Of a stretch of 64,000 nucleotides of DNA, positions 41,290 to 54,286 are shown piece after piece. The first letter of the stretch is position 1, and every line of letters begins with the position of its first letter. The notes under the pieces are model-generated. The model worked only from the letters and a program-made list of their open reading frames with translations. It was not told where the DNA came from and searched no databases. Origin of the DNA: Caecitellus pseudoparvulus (lineage: Eukaryota; Protista; Bigyra: Bicosoecida); contig CBFFRQ010000026.1 of NCBI GenBank assembly GCA_965644315.1, forward strand, positions 7,103 through 71,102, written 5' to 3'. Both the position numbers and the translations under genes were made by a program.

Positions 41290-42738
41290 ATGCAGGGGGA
41301 AGGGGCAGCCGACCATGCACCAGCCCAGGTACAGGAGCCTGCACAAGGCGTGCTGTCGTGGTTGACGTGGCCCGTGCAGTGGCTGCTGGGCGCGCCTGCG
41401 CCAGCAGACGGTCGGGTGCGTCATGCAGCGAAACGCCACGGCAACGCACACGCCAGGAAGCACAGTCCCCACGTCCACCATGGCGGCAGGCACTGGCGCG
41501 GGCCTTTTCCAGCGCCATGACAGAACGCACAGGCGGGCGTGGCCCGCAGTTCCTCGAGTGTTCGTCCAAGGAAGCCATTCAGCGTGCACGGGACCAGTTC
41601 CAGCTGCTGCTGGTGTACATTCGCTCGGACCTGCACCAGGACACGCCCACTTTTGAGCAGTGCGTGGCGCGCTTGACCGCCCCCTCCCCCCAGACCAACA
41701 CACCCCTCTCACTAACTCACCCTCCCCGCCCTCCAGGGATGTGCTGAGCTCTGCGGAGGTGGCGCAGGTGCTGGGAGAGCACTTCATGGTGTGGGGCGCC
41801 GACGCCACGGCGCCAGATGGCTACGAGGCGCTGCAGATGTTCCAGGTGGGCTCCTTCCCCTACCTGGGCGTGTTCCTGCACGCCGGCGCGAACAAGGTGC
41901 AGTGCATCTGGAGCCACGAGGGGTACATGCCCGCCGCCGAGCTGGCTGCAGCGCTGGCGGCCGCCAATACCCAGGGGCGCCCCGTGGTGGAGCAGCAGCG
42001 CATGGAGGAGGAGGTGCGGCAGGCAGACCGCGCCCTGCGTGAGGAGCAGGCGGCACGGTACGAGGCGACGGTGGCGCGGGATTTGGAGCGGCAAGCGCAG
42101 CGGGAAGCGCAGGAGCAGCGGGAGTCACTCATGGAGGCGCTGCGGGAGAGCCGGCGCCTGGTGCGTGGCGCGAGCACTTGTCGCTGCAACACGCACGCCC
42201 TCACGCCCACACGCCCCCCTCCCTCCCATCACAGGCTAAGGAGGAGAGTGTGGCTGCCGCCAGGGCACGCATCGAGGCGTCCCCTGAGCCCCCCAAACCT
42301 GACAGCCGTGGGCAGCTGCCGGACGGGTCCAAAGTGACCAGTATCCGCCTGCAGTTCCCTGATGGTACCAAGGTGCAGCGGCGGTTTCCATCCGATGCGC
42401 CCCTGCGGCTGGTGCGGGATTACGCCCTGGTGTTGCTGGCCTCCACGGGGGGTGCGACGCCCGATGACGTGGAGCTGAGCACGACCTTTCCTCGCAAGAC
42501 GTACGGCGCAGATGCCTTTGACATGACCCTGCTGGAGGCGCAGTGGCACCCCCGCGTGGTGCTGTTCGTGACGGGCCTGGAGAGCACAGACGAGGGGGAG
42601 ATGCAGGCAGAGGCGGAGGCGGTGGTGTCTGGCGGCGCTGGTGCGGCAGCCAAGGCGGGTGGGGCAGGCGAGCAGCAAGGCCAGGAGCCCGCTGCGTCGC
42701 TGTCAGAGGAGGACTTGCTGGCTGGCGCCGGCAGTTGA
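41290..42738 (+). CDS. FAF2/UBXD8-type UAS + coiled-coil + UBX protein (p97/Cdc48 cofactor)
   Basis: Exons 41290-41415, 41490-41659, 41737-42160, 42235-42738. It has a hydrophobic hairpin VLSWLTWPVQWLLG, a UAS domain (LLLVYIRSDLHQDTPTF...VWGAD...FPYLGV), a coiled coil DRALREEQ and a UBX domain IRLQFPDGTKVQRRF...TTFPRK. An upstream exon is possible. Confidence 0.85.
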
Positions 42739-42903
42739 GGGGGGGGCTGGTGGTCGCCAAAACACCACGATCCAATGCATGTGGCAGCACTCGCCGCAAG
42801 AATGGGCCAGAGGGGGTGTGTCCTCGGCACACGCGCCCCGCCCAGCCAGGCTGCAGACGGCAGGCGGCGTGGCGAGAGACAGTGCTGAGAGTGTCGCTGC
42901 GGC

Positions 42904-45900
42904 ATGGCCGTGCGGCACAGCACTGCCCACACGCACCTGCACGTGGCAGCCCATGACGCGTTCACGTCCACCATCCCCAGCAGGGAGAGCATCGTCGCTT
43001 CCGCCGACCTGCACACGAAATGGCGCAGCCGCACGGAGGGCATCGCCAAGGTGGGTGCCTGCGCACGTCGCAGCGACCACGGCAAGCGCCGCAGGCCAGC
43101 AACCCCCCTGTGCGCCCTGCAACACAGGTAGCTGCGACGCTGCACTTCACCTGCATGACAGTGGACCCAGGTGAGGCACCAGGCTCCGAGCAGGCCCCAC
43201 ACGCCACCAGGCCCGCCCCGCCCTCTGCCGCCTCTGCCACCAACCTGCCTGGTGCTGGTCCCGAGCGCAGCAGCGCCGACGGCGAGGGCAGCAGCGCCAT
43301 CCAGCCAGCAGGGCACGTCTTCGCAGGTCGCTCCGACGGCGCCGTGCTGGCATGGGTGGGGCGGGCGGTCGCCGGGACCGGCGCGTCCCATCGTGAGGGC
43401 CTGCTGGGGTGGCACTCTGGCCCAGTCCTGTCTTGCGCCTACCGCCGCCACGCACTGGGACCCAGTCGGCAGGGGGGCATGCTTGCGACGGGGGGGCGAG
43501 ACGGTAGCATCCTCATCTTCGACCCGGTCGCAAGCGACGCCCAGCGACGCGCTCTGGACGAAGCGCAGGAGGCCGTGCTGCTTTGGCTGCGGGGGGCAGC
43601 TGCCCACCACTACTCCGTGCACAGCGCGCGACAGGGGGCGGTATCCGCCTCCTCCTCCACCCGCTTCGGCCCCACCACGGCGGGTGGACTGCCCACCGCC
43701 TCCAAGGTCGCCCGCCGTGCCGCCCTGGACATCGCAGTGCAGCGGGGCGGTGTCCCAGCGGGGGCCCCCGCCACCTCGCGTCACGAAAGCAAAGCACTGC
43801 TGCAGACCCTGGTGCGGCACAGGGGGGGTGTGGAGGCCCTGGCGTGGACGCCAGGGGGCCTGCTCCTGTCGGGGGGGGGTGACGGCATCCTCACGCTGTG
43901 GGGATGCCACCGCCCCAGCCTGGACCAGGCCCGGTCCGCCCTGGCCAGGGGGGGGGTGGCGTCCCGGAGGGGGAGGGGGGTGGGTCGGCGCCGAACCCCC
44001 CCCTGGCATCCGGAGGGGGGGGTGGCTCGGCCGTTGTGGCAACCTATGCCAACTCCCGGTCCACCGCCCATGCGTGCACGGCGGCGTTTGTGCCAGTGCA
44101 GGAGTGGAAGCTGCCGGAGAGCCAGGTGCCAACGTGTCTAGGCACTCTGGGCGTGGACGCAGGCATGGTGGTGCTGGTGGGGGACACGGGTGGCGCCCTG
44201 CACCGCTTCGAGCAGGGCACGCTGCAGCTGCAGGCGCCCAGCGAGGGGGGTGTGTCGCACGCCGAGTGGCGGCGAGGGGCGGCCCTGGACATCGCCACCC
44301 TGCAGGGTGGTGGGGGGGCGGCGGACCTGCTGTCAGGAGCGCCTGCTGCGCGGCCAGACAGCTCCCTGTCGCTTTCCGTGCGCCTGCCGCCGTGGGACCA
44401 CCTGCTGCAGCGGGGGGGGGCGCCGTCACGGGCAACCTCCGCAAACCCCGCCCGTCCGCACCACAAGCACGAGATGTCAGCGGCGACAGCACAGGCCATC
44501 ACGGCACTGGCTCCACAGGCAGCAGCAGCGGCGGCGGCGGCGGGGGGCAAGGGTGGGTCGCCCCCCCCAGCCGACCCCGCAGCAGCCGCGGCACTGAGTG
44601 AGACGTGGGTGGGTGTGGAGCCGGTGACGCCCACGGCGTGGTGGCGCCGCTTGCATCACCTTCGCATCACGGCCGTCGTCCTGCTGCCTGAAACGCACCA
44701 CGTCGTGACGCTGTCGGCGGACCACACCTTCAAAGTGACGGACTTTGACTCCGGCGCCGTGCTGCGCACAGTGACGCACCCACACCTCTCGGCGTCCCTG
44801 CCCACCACACTGTCCCACGCTGCAGCGCAAGTGAAGGGGCAGCCAGTCAACACTGCAGCGTCCCGTGTCAACGCCGCTCACAGCCTGCACGGGCTGGGGG
44901 GCCAGACGGCCGCTGCAGCGCAGGCGGCTGACGCCCGTGCAGCGGAAACGGCGGCAGGTCGCAGCGCGTTGTCGGGCAAGGGCGCCAGCGGTGCAGCGGG
45001 CAGCAAGGACGGGCCAGGGGACCTGTATTCACACCATGCCATGTTGCACAGCTCGCTGGGCGTCTCTGCTGCCGCCGCACGGCGAGCGCGGGAAGAGGGC
45101 AGGGGCGTTTTTGTGTCGGCCACTGCCTCCGCGCTGCTGCCCCGCGTGGAGGCGTTCCTGCCAGACATCCGCGCTGGCAACCCCATCTCGTCCGGAGTGG
45201 GGCAGGGCGGAGACATTGGCGACCGCACGACGCGAGCCGCGGCTGCAGGGGGCTTCCTGGTCGGGCGTGTGCCTGAGAAGGCGTTTGAGGCCAGCTCGCC
45301 CTTTGCTGCTGCGTCAGCACAGGGCACCGCGGTGCGGACAGACTCACACCTGTCCAAGGCGGCCCACCAGCGTGCCATCCTGGGCGCTGTGAGGTCTGGG
45401 GACAGCATCGCGTCGGCCATGACCCGTGCGACCGCCCACGCAACGTCGGCGGCGGGCAAGGCAGACGCCTTTTTCCCAGCCTACGCCACGCCGCCACGCC
45501 ACGGCCTTGGCGCCGCACAGGCGAGGGCGCGCGCAGCAGACCGCGGCAGTCAACTTGCCATGCGCTCTCACGGCGCGAACATGGTGTCGGCCGTCGTGAA
45601 TGCCGCCGTGGCAGCACACAAAACGTCAGCATGGCGGGTGGCGCAGGAGCATTCCATGGGTGCTGGCTCGGCACTGCTGGGCGGCACACGGGCCAGGGAC
45701 GGGGATGGCCTGGGCACGGCAGCACCCACACTGGCCGGTGGCTCGGGCGGCGGGGGGAGTGGCGGCGCTTCCACGGCAGGTCGTGAATTTGTCGCGGAGG
45801 ACTTTGCGCGTGTGCCGCTGTGGGCGGGCAGTGGGGAGGAGGGTGCTGAGGGCACGACGTGGGTGCGGGTTGCCGCGTCAGTTCTAGGGGGCACCACCGG

Positions 45901-48900
45901 CTCCTCCCTCCTGGCGTCCTGTGGCGTGCCGCTGTTGGACGAAGCCACCGCCAGCGACGCGCGCGTGGAGCTGCACCGCGACCCGCGATTTTCCGTGTTC
46001 TCAGCTGCACTGTGGGATGCAGGCAAACGGCAGTTGGTGCTGGGGGACCCCCTGGGGCGGTTTTACGTGTGGAGCGTGGGGGACGGGGCGGTGCTGCTGG
46101 AGGCGTCCCTCGTGCCGCTGGACGTGGCGGATCAAATGGCCCTCCTTCGCCAGGCGCACGCGGACCGCACAGACGGACGTGGCGCCGCTGCGGCAGCCAC
46201 CACCTTTGCTGCTGCCAAGCACCATGCGCGCACCATGCGGTGGTGGCGCGATGTGGACGCGCTGCGACGGGTGAAGTGCACGCCGCTGCCGTCGCCACGT
46301 GTGCAAGGCAGTGCCCCGCTCACTCCGTCAGACGTCGACGAGGGCGTGCAGGCAGGGAGTGGCATGGACGGTGAACGAGCACAGCTGCCAGTGAAGCGCC
46401 CAGTGTTTGATTTCTCTGCAGCGCTGTCCAGCCGCAGCGGGTTGAGCGCCGCCTCTGCCGTCAGCGACGAGGCGCCCGCTGCGACGATCCCTGCAGAGGA
46501 CGAGGATGTCGCCGACGACGCCCTGCTGGCGAGGGTGGGCGTGTACACTGCGGAGGACTTTGGGCACCACGCCTTTGGCATTGACCGGGTTCGCGCCGAA
46601 GCTGCGCGGAATAAGGCGGCCGGCGGCGTGGGCGTTGGCGCAGCGGCACAGGCGCAGTCCGCCGCCCTGGCAGCCATGACCCATGCAGACCGCGCCGACA
46701 TCCCGGATGACATCATGCAGCAGTCAGTGCGCAAGGTGCGTGTGGCGAAGTTCCTGGCCACCCCGAAGGAAGGCGGCGCGGTGCCTGACTCGGCAGGCGC
46801 GACCAGCCCTGCACGCGGCGACGGCGCGTCGCCCCGCCGGGGCGGCGGCATGACCGCGGCAGAGGAGGAGGTGCTGGAGACAGAGCTGGCCCGCCTGAAG
46901 TCCTCTGCATCGGCCTTTGGCTCCACCCTGTCGGGAGCTGGGCGGTGGAGGGTGTTGTCCCGCACGACGACGCGCCTCATGCGCCTGGCGGCGGAACGCA
47001 AAAACGCCGTGCACAGGGACGCCTTCACCGCCATGCCGTACACCCCCCAAGGCTCCCTCATGCGGCGCATGGCTCCAAGGGTGTCCGCTGGCTGGAGCAG
47101 CGACGAGGAAGAGCCCGGCAGCGACGACCCGTGGCTGGGCGCGGAATTCGACGCACGAGCCGACGCCGAGTCCGACGCCGCCGCCGCTGCCGCCGGCATG
47201 GACAAGGACCCCGCAGCCTTCATTGCTGCGCTGGACCTGTCCACTGGCATGCCGCGCTGGTCGCCGTTGGCTCTGGGGCTGGCGTCGCTGCGTGTGCGCG
47301 GCTTGGTCGCCTGCCCGGCGCGGTACCTGCCCCGCCTGCACTCCAGCTCCAACCAAGGCGCCCACGGCAGCGCCATGGGCGGGGGGGCGCTGGACAGCGG
47401 CATCTCTGACAAGGTTGTCTCCAGCACTGACAGCGAGCAGAGTGACTTGTTGCTGTGCATGGGGGCGGTGCTGTGTCGACTGACAGTGAAGCAGCAGCAG
47501 CGCACGCGCAGCCACCGCAAGCACTGCGAGCCAGTCCTGCACCTGGGCACGGCGCAGCTGACCCACAAGCGGCAAGCAAGGGGTGCCAGCGCACCGGAAC
47601 ACGTGCGTGTCCTGACGTCCGTCTCCTCGGACGGCTCTGTGGCGCTGTGGGACTCGCACAGCATGCAGCTGTGGGGGCGCCTCGTGCCGCCGGCGCCGGG
47701 TGTCAGCACGGCATCGGGGGGTGCCGGGAACGTCGGGCCGCATGCGTCAGTGAAGGCGTGGTTGGCCAAGCTGTCCCTGGACGAGGCGGGGCCGCGGGCT
47801 GCGGCGCAGGGCGGAGCGCCGGGCTCCAGCCGCAGTGCCGCTGCAGCGTCAGCACGGGGTGGGTCACCTGCCCCCCCCGCGAACACAGACCGCGCCCCCC
47901 CTGACAGTCCACCACGCCGGCCCAGTGCCCGACTTGGCCCGAGTCCAACACAGGACAGTCCCAACACCACCTCAGTGGCTTCCCACCACCGGCCTGGCCA
48001 GCACACGGCGCCACTTTCTAGCACGCGGCGGAAGGTGGTTGGTCTGGCCAGCGCCGGCGCCAGCGCGGTCTTCGGCGGCTCCCCCACACCCCTGGCGTCC
48101 CCCATGCGGGTGGAGCATGTGGCTTCTGCCCCAGCGCTGGCGCCGGCACCGGCAAGCGGCCTCGACACGCCGCAAAGCATGCGTGTCAGTACTGGCGGCA
48201 GTGGTGCAGGTCCCAGCCCCCGACGGCGCAAGCGCATGTCCGTCACCTTCTCCAGCACTTCCAAGGGTGAGGAGGGGCGTGAGCAGTCATCGTGGACTGG
48301 GGCAGCGGACGAGGCGGAGGGTGGGGCCACCTCTCCGGGCGTGCGCGTGGTGTCTGGCCGGTCACCTGGGAAGGAGGGGGTGGGCGCACCCCCTGGGCCC
48401 ATCACACTGACCGACACGCCACCACCCCGCACCAAGCGCTCCAAGGCACCCAAACGACACCTGTCCCTGCCTGGACACGGGCGGGGCGACCCGCTGGGCA
48501 CCCCGCTCCCCCCCACCACGCCCTCCCACGAAGTCGTGCCCAGTGGCAGGCTGGCTGCCATGCTGGGCGCCACACCGCGCTCCGTGCCCACTCTTCTCGC
48601 CCGCAGCACCCTGTTCAAGTCCTTCGCCGCGGCCCGCCTGACACCGGAGGAGATCGTGGATGCACTCATGTCCAACCCGCTCACCATGCAGGTGCTGCGG
48701 CAGTGGGGAGGGGGGGGGGGACCCGTCACCCCCTCCGCCGCCTCGGGGAGTCAGTGGGCGAGTAACATCTCATCCCGAGCGGCGCTGGACCTGCTGGCGG
48801 GGCCTGAGGGCGCCCTGGCCATCGCGACGGTGCTGGCGTCTGGGGCGGGCGGGTCGCTGGGCCGGTCGCAGCGACGGGGGGACGCCCCGCCCCCATCCCC

Positions 48901-51900
48901 CCCCTCCTCGCCACAGCAGCCGCCGACGCCCAAGCCACAGGACGCCGTCCGATCTGGCGTCGCGGCAGTGCAGGTGGCACCTCACCTGCTGCACCCTGGT
49001 GGGCGTCTGGAGCGGGCGGGGCAGTACTCCGGTCGCTCGCTGACGGGGTCCGCCCGGGAAGAGTTCGCCCACGCCGCGGACATCGTAAGGGACCTGCTGC
49101 AGCCGGCAGCAGTGCACACGCAGCACACGGCGTGGGTGCGGCGGAACCTGCGCGGGGTGTGGGCGCAGGCGGCTGCGACGCTGCAGGCCATGGTCGCACT
49201 GCGACCTGCCGAGGTGCCCGCGGCCGTGTCGACGCACCCCGTCATCCGCGCCAACGCCGTCACAGCCACGGCCAGCGGGGAGGCGCTGCCTCGGCTGGTC
49301 GCGGTCGCAGCGACCGACGACATCCACCGAGCTGCCCTGCTCACGTACAGCAGTCGAGGAGAGGTGACAGCTGCGGTGGTGGTGCCGGGCACACGCCCCC
49401 ACATCGTCGTCGGGTACTCCTCTGGGCAGCTGCTGGTGTGGAGTCTGCACCGGCGGCGCCTGGTGGGGGTCGTCTCCGGCCTGCACTGCCACCCCATCAC
49501 CGCCCTGGCCCTCGCTCCGCACGCCGGTCGCACGCTGCTCGTGTCAGCTGACGAGCTGGGCTGCGTACACCTGTGGGACACGTCGTTCGTCCCCAACGTC
49601 GCGCTGTCACACGTGGCTGGGCACGCGGCGGGGGTGTTCCGCCGCCGGCCACCCGGAACAACGGAGCCCGACCGCCCCCGACCCATGTTCATCCCCTGCA
49701 TGGCCACGTACACGCCCACCCCCGTGCAGGTGTACGAGGCAGGGGGCGGGGGTGGGGTGGAGCAGGATGGCGACGCGGGAGGGAGGGGTGTACAGGGGGG
49801 GGTCGGCTGGACCTCCCCCTCCCTCCCCTCCACACCCGACTACGTGTCGCGCGCCAAGGTGAAGGAGCGTGCCGCCGCCCTGCGACGCGAGGCCGCCCGC
49901 CGGGCCTGTGTGTTCCTACCTGGAACAGACGGCATCATCCGCTGTGTCGCCCTCGCCTCCCTCACCGTGCAGTGCGAGGTGGATGTGGGCGCTGCACTGC
50001 AGGAGGCGCTGGCAGCTGCCTTGCTTGTGGAGCGGGCCGAGGCGGCGAAACGGTTGACTCCCGCCCAGCGCGCCGCTGCTGCGTTGCAGACGCGGGCGAA
50101 GGGTGCCCGGCACCGCCTGCGAGCGAAGCGGAAGGGGGGGAATGGGGGTGGGGCCCCCTCCCCCCCCGTGTCCATTGTCGGACTGGCTGTTGTGGGGCGT
50201 CTCCTGGTCGCTGCGACGGCGGGTGGCGCCTTGCTGGGGTGGGACGTGCACTCGGCGGCGTTGCCTGGGGCGCCAGCTCCGCGTCTGCTGCGTTTCACCC
50301 GGCATGCCCTGTTCCCATCTGGGCAGCCCCCCGCCCCGGTGGGGGTGCGGAGGGGGGGGGTGTCGGACCCCCCCTCCACCCCCCCTCTGGGCCCCCGCCG
50401 GGGCATGGCTGATGTGGTGGTGGATGCCATGGCAGAGGTGGCGGCCCACGCCACCGGCCTGCCGCGTTTCACGCAGACCAGCGTGCCCCGTGTCACGACA
50501 CTGGCTGCGGCGGGTGACTTGACACCCCCCTGCGTCGCCGTGGGGGGGGGCAACGGCGTGGTGGGCCTGTGGGCTGCGGACGTCCCCCCCTCGTCCCCGG
50601 CCGCCCCCGCCGCCTTCACCTGTGTCCACATGCTGGCGCAAGCCTGTGACCCCGTGCCCCCGTATGACCCCGTGGCTATGGAGGTGGCCATGCTACACCA
50701 GGCGGCGTCCTTCGACAACGGCGTGGGGGTGGTGGGGGGCGTCACGGACGTGCTGGGCAGCACCATCATCAGCTCGGCCGTGCGGGAGCAAGACACCCCC
50801 GCCGCCGCACGTGCCGCGGCCCAGGCGGCGCTGCTGGCGGCGGATGCGGGGTTGCAGGTGGCTGCTTCGCCCCTGCGCGGGGCGGCGGTGATCGCCCTGC
50901 GACAGCGGTACGCCGCCGCCCGGTTCGGGGCGTTGTTGGCGGAGGAGTCCAAGTGGTCGCCTGCGACACGCCGACACCGCGCCAGGCTGGCAGCGACCTC
51001 CCCCATCGCAGCAGCCGCGCTGTCGTCAGCGTTGGCGGCACAGGCGTATGTGCGGGGGGCAGAGGGTGGGCCCACCCTCCGCCCGTCCGGGGCCAAAGAC
51101 GAGTCACCTGCGGCGAAAGTGTGGCGCCAGCGTGCGGAGGCAGATGGGCCCACCCTCCGCACGGCACGTCGCGGCGACGAACGCGACACGGCCGTCGTGC
51201 GGGTGCCCGTGCCGGGGACGTTTCCGCCCCTGCCGTCCCACCTGACGCTGCGCCCACCCCCCCTGGAGTCCATGCTGGGGGGGGGGTCCGTGTCGGAGTG
51301 GAGGGGCGGTGCGCCGCCCCCCCACACAGATGTCCTCTCCCGCACGGCAGCTGTCGTGGATTCTCTCGTCCTGGGGCGGGCTGCTGCTGCCGTGGCCCCC
51401 CGTGGGACCAGCCAGAGGGGGAGCCGACCAGGGCGGCCACAGGGGGGTTCGGGGGGGGGCCACGGTGCACATGTCCGGTCCGCGGACATCGCCGCCGCCC
51501 GCGCCTCCGCGGCCGTGTCCACGACCGTTAAGCACGGCGCACACCTGCTGTCCAGCAACCTGCCCCTGGCGCCGGGCGAAGTGACGTCACACATGGTGCT
51601 GCGCCTGCGTGACAGCCAGCGGGGGGCGGATGCGGGTGGGGACACCGCCGCCCCCGCCCAGTCCACGGACGTGGCACTGCGTGCAGACCGCCTGGCAGCC
51701 ACCCTGCGAGCGTGGCGCCAGCTGTCGCAGCCTGTGCCGCAAGTCCCCGTGCGTGTGACGTCACTGCTGCACCGCCCCGACACACACTGCCTGGTGGTGG
51801 GGGCGGAGGACGGGCGGGTGTGGGTGTACATGCTGCCCGAGGCGCTGGCACCCGCCTCCCCGCCCCTGGACACGGAGCTGGACATCGAGGATGTCCTGGC

Positions 51901-52342
51901 GCCGCCCCTGCCTCACGACTACCGCCCCAGCTCCACGGCAGGCGGCAGTCGGCAGGGGGGGGGGTCGAGGGGGGGTGGGCAGGCGGCAGGCAGCCTGCCC
52001 ATTCCTGAGGCGTCCCTGGGCTCAGCGAGCTTGCAGTCCTCTGCGTCTGGCGGGGAGGCGGAAGGGGCGGACACCGCCGCCTCCCCGCCTGGGGTGTCGG
52101 ACCTCCCCCCCGGATACGTGCAGGCCCGGGTGGAGGTGGGGGGGTCGCCTGCCCGTCTGAGCCTGCACAAAGCGCGGCGGGGTGGGCCCCCTCGCCCCCC
52201 GCCTGGCACGCCCGGATCGGTACTGCAGGGAGCTGGTGAGGAGGAGGAGGAGGGGGAGGAGGATGCGGTGCTGCGCACGCCAGTGCAGGATGTGCTGGGG
52301 GGCCTCCTGCGGGGTGTGAGGGGGGGTGGAGCGCGAGCCTGA
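42904..52342 (+). CDS. Very large (about 3100 aa) WD40-repeat protein with long low-complexity inserts; reading-frame break near 43950-44100
   Basis: Exon 42904-43050, intron 43051-43127, then ORF 43020-44141 continuing in ORF 43898-52342. WD motifs: HSGPVLSC..LATGGRDGSILIFD, HRGGVEALAW..LLSGGGDGILTLW, VTLSADHTFKVTD, SVSSDGSVALWD, HCHPITAL..LVSADELGCVHLWD, LVVGAEDGRVWVY. Confidence 0.75.
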
Positions 52343-52438
52343 CGGCACGAAGCACAGGGCGGCACAACCCTCCCTCCCGACGCTCTCGAAGGTAAATGTC
52401 AATGTACAGTCGGAAACTGCACCCTCTCCTCCTGCATC

Positions 52439-54286
52439 ATGCTGTCTCGTGCAGCAACCGCTGCGGCTTCAGCCGCTCGCGCAGGTGAGTGCCACCACGC
52501 CGAACTGATTGCCGCGGCATCACGCTGGGCGCGGTGGGCGACGAGCGCGCCGCCCAGCCGCCACGTTGAGCCGCGTAACGGGGACCATGTAGACTCATGT
52601 TGCACCGCATGTTGCTGGCTCGCCTGCGGTGCGCCTGCACACTGCGCCGTGCTCGCGTCTCTCCGCAGGTGCTGGCCTGCGCGGAATTAGCCAGGCTGCC
52701 GCCGGCGTGGATGCCCGTGTGTGCGCCGTGATGGGCGGCCAATGGGGCGACGAAGGCAAGGGCAAGCTGGCAGATGTGTTGGCCAAAGGGTGCGTCCCTG
52801 ACCGAGCGGCATTTCGCAGGATGCGCGCAAGATCCATGTGAGCGCAGCAACCCCCGCAACACGCGCGTGCACTTGTGCCCTGCGCAGGTACGACATCGTC
52901 GGGCGCTTCAACGGCGGCGCCAACGCAGGGCACACTGTCGTGGTGGGCGACAAGAAGTTCGCCTTTCACCTGCTGCCCTGCGGGCTGGTGTACCCCCACA
53001 CACAGAACATTCTGGGGAACGGTGCGTTGGGACACGCCGCCGCCGCTCAAAGAGCGCACGAGCACCCCACACCCCCTATCGCGCGCACACAGGCACGGTG
53101 ATTCACCTGGGTGACCTCTTTGATGAGTTGGCTCCTCTGGATGCCGAGGGCATTGACTGGCGAGGGCGCCTGCACCTGTCAGACCGTGCCACGCTGCTGT
53201 TCGATTTCCACAAGGAAGTGGACGGCGTGTTGGAGGCACGCCGCGCAGCCGTGGCAGCCTCCGGCAAGGGCATCGGCACCACCAAGCGCGGCATCGGGCC
53301 AGGGTACGCCTCCAAGGTCACGCGCAACGCCGTGCGAGTGGGGCACATGAAGAACCGCGCCGTGCTGCACGAGCGCCTGACGCAGCTGGTGGAGGACACA
53401 CGGTTCATGTACGACATCGACATCGACCTTCAGGCGGAGCTGGACAAGGCGGACGCCTTCGCCGACAAGACCCGGGACATGGTGGTGGACGGCGTGGCGT
53501 ACGTCAACTCCGCCTACGCGTCAGGCAAGCGCATCATCACAGAGGGCGCCAACGCCGCCATGCTGGACATCGACTACGGCACGTTCCCCTACGTCACCTC
53601 CTCCAGCACCACGGCAGGCGGCATTGCCACCGGCATGGGCCTGTCCCCTGACAAGATCCAGTCCGTCGTCGGCGTGCTCAAGGCGTACACGACCCGTGTC
53701 GGGGAGGGCCCCTTCCCCACGGAGCTGACGGACGAGCGGGGCGGCGGTGACTTGCCCCTGCACGCGCCAGGCACGGACATCGGACTGCACCTGCAGCAGG
53801 TGGGCGCTGAGGTGGGCGTCACGTGAGTCACCACAGCGGCAGCGTCACGCCGCGCCCCCCTTCACCCCCCCCCCCCCCCCCTCTTCGCGCAGGACGGGCC
53901 GCAAGCGCCGATGTGGGTGGCTGGACCTGGTGGTGGCGCAGTACGGGCATTTGCTGAACAATTACTCCAGCCTGAACATCACCAAGCTGGACGTCCTGGA
54001 CGACCTGGACGAAATCCGCATCGGCGTCGGGTACAAGATCAACGGCCAGCGCCTGCCGTACGGCGCCATGCCTGCGCAGCTGGATGAGCTGGCGGCAGTG
54101 GAGGTGGAGTACGAGACGCTGCCGGGGTGGAAGACCAGCATCGCCCACTGCAAGACGTGGGAGGAGCTGCCCCCTGCCGCGCAGGCATACGTGCACCGCG
54201 TGGAGGAGGTGGTGGGCGTGCCTGTGTCGTGGATTGGGGTGGGGCCTGGCCGGGAGGCCATGGTGGCCAAGGGCTTCACGCCCTGA
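52439..54286 (+). CDS. ADSS: Adenylosuccinate synthetase with an N-terminal presequence-like extension
   Basis: Exons 52439-52484, 52669-52789, 52888-53021, 53093-53822, 53893-54286. Motifs: [106 protein letters not shown]. Confidence 0.97.

Noticed and set aside
53865-53881. C17 homopolymer
   Set aside because: It is the polypyrimidine tract of ADSS intron 4, and its length is unreliable.
39483-54286. Nucleotide-biosynthesis cluster (DHODH and ADSS)
   Set aside because: They are 11 kb apart, on opposite strands, in different pathways and separated by unrelated genes; chance is sufficient.
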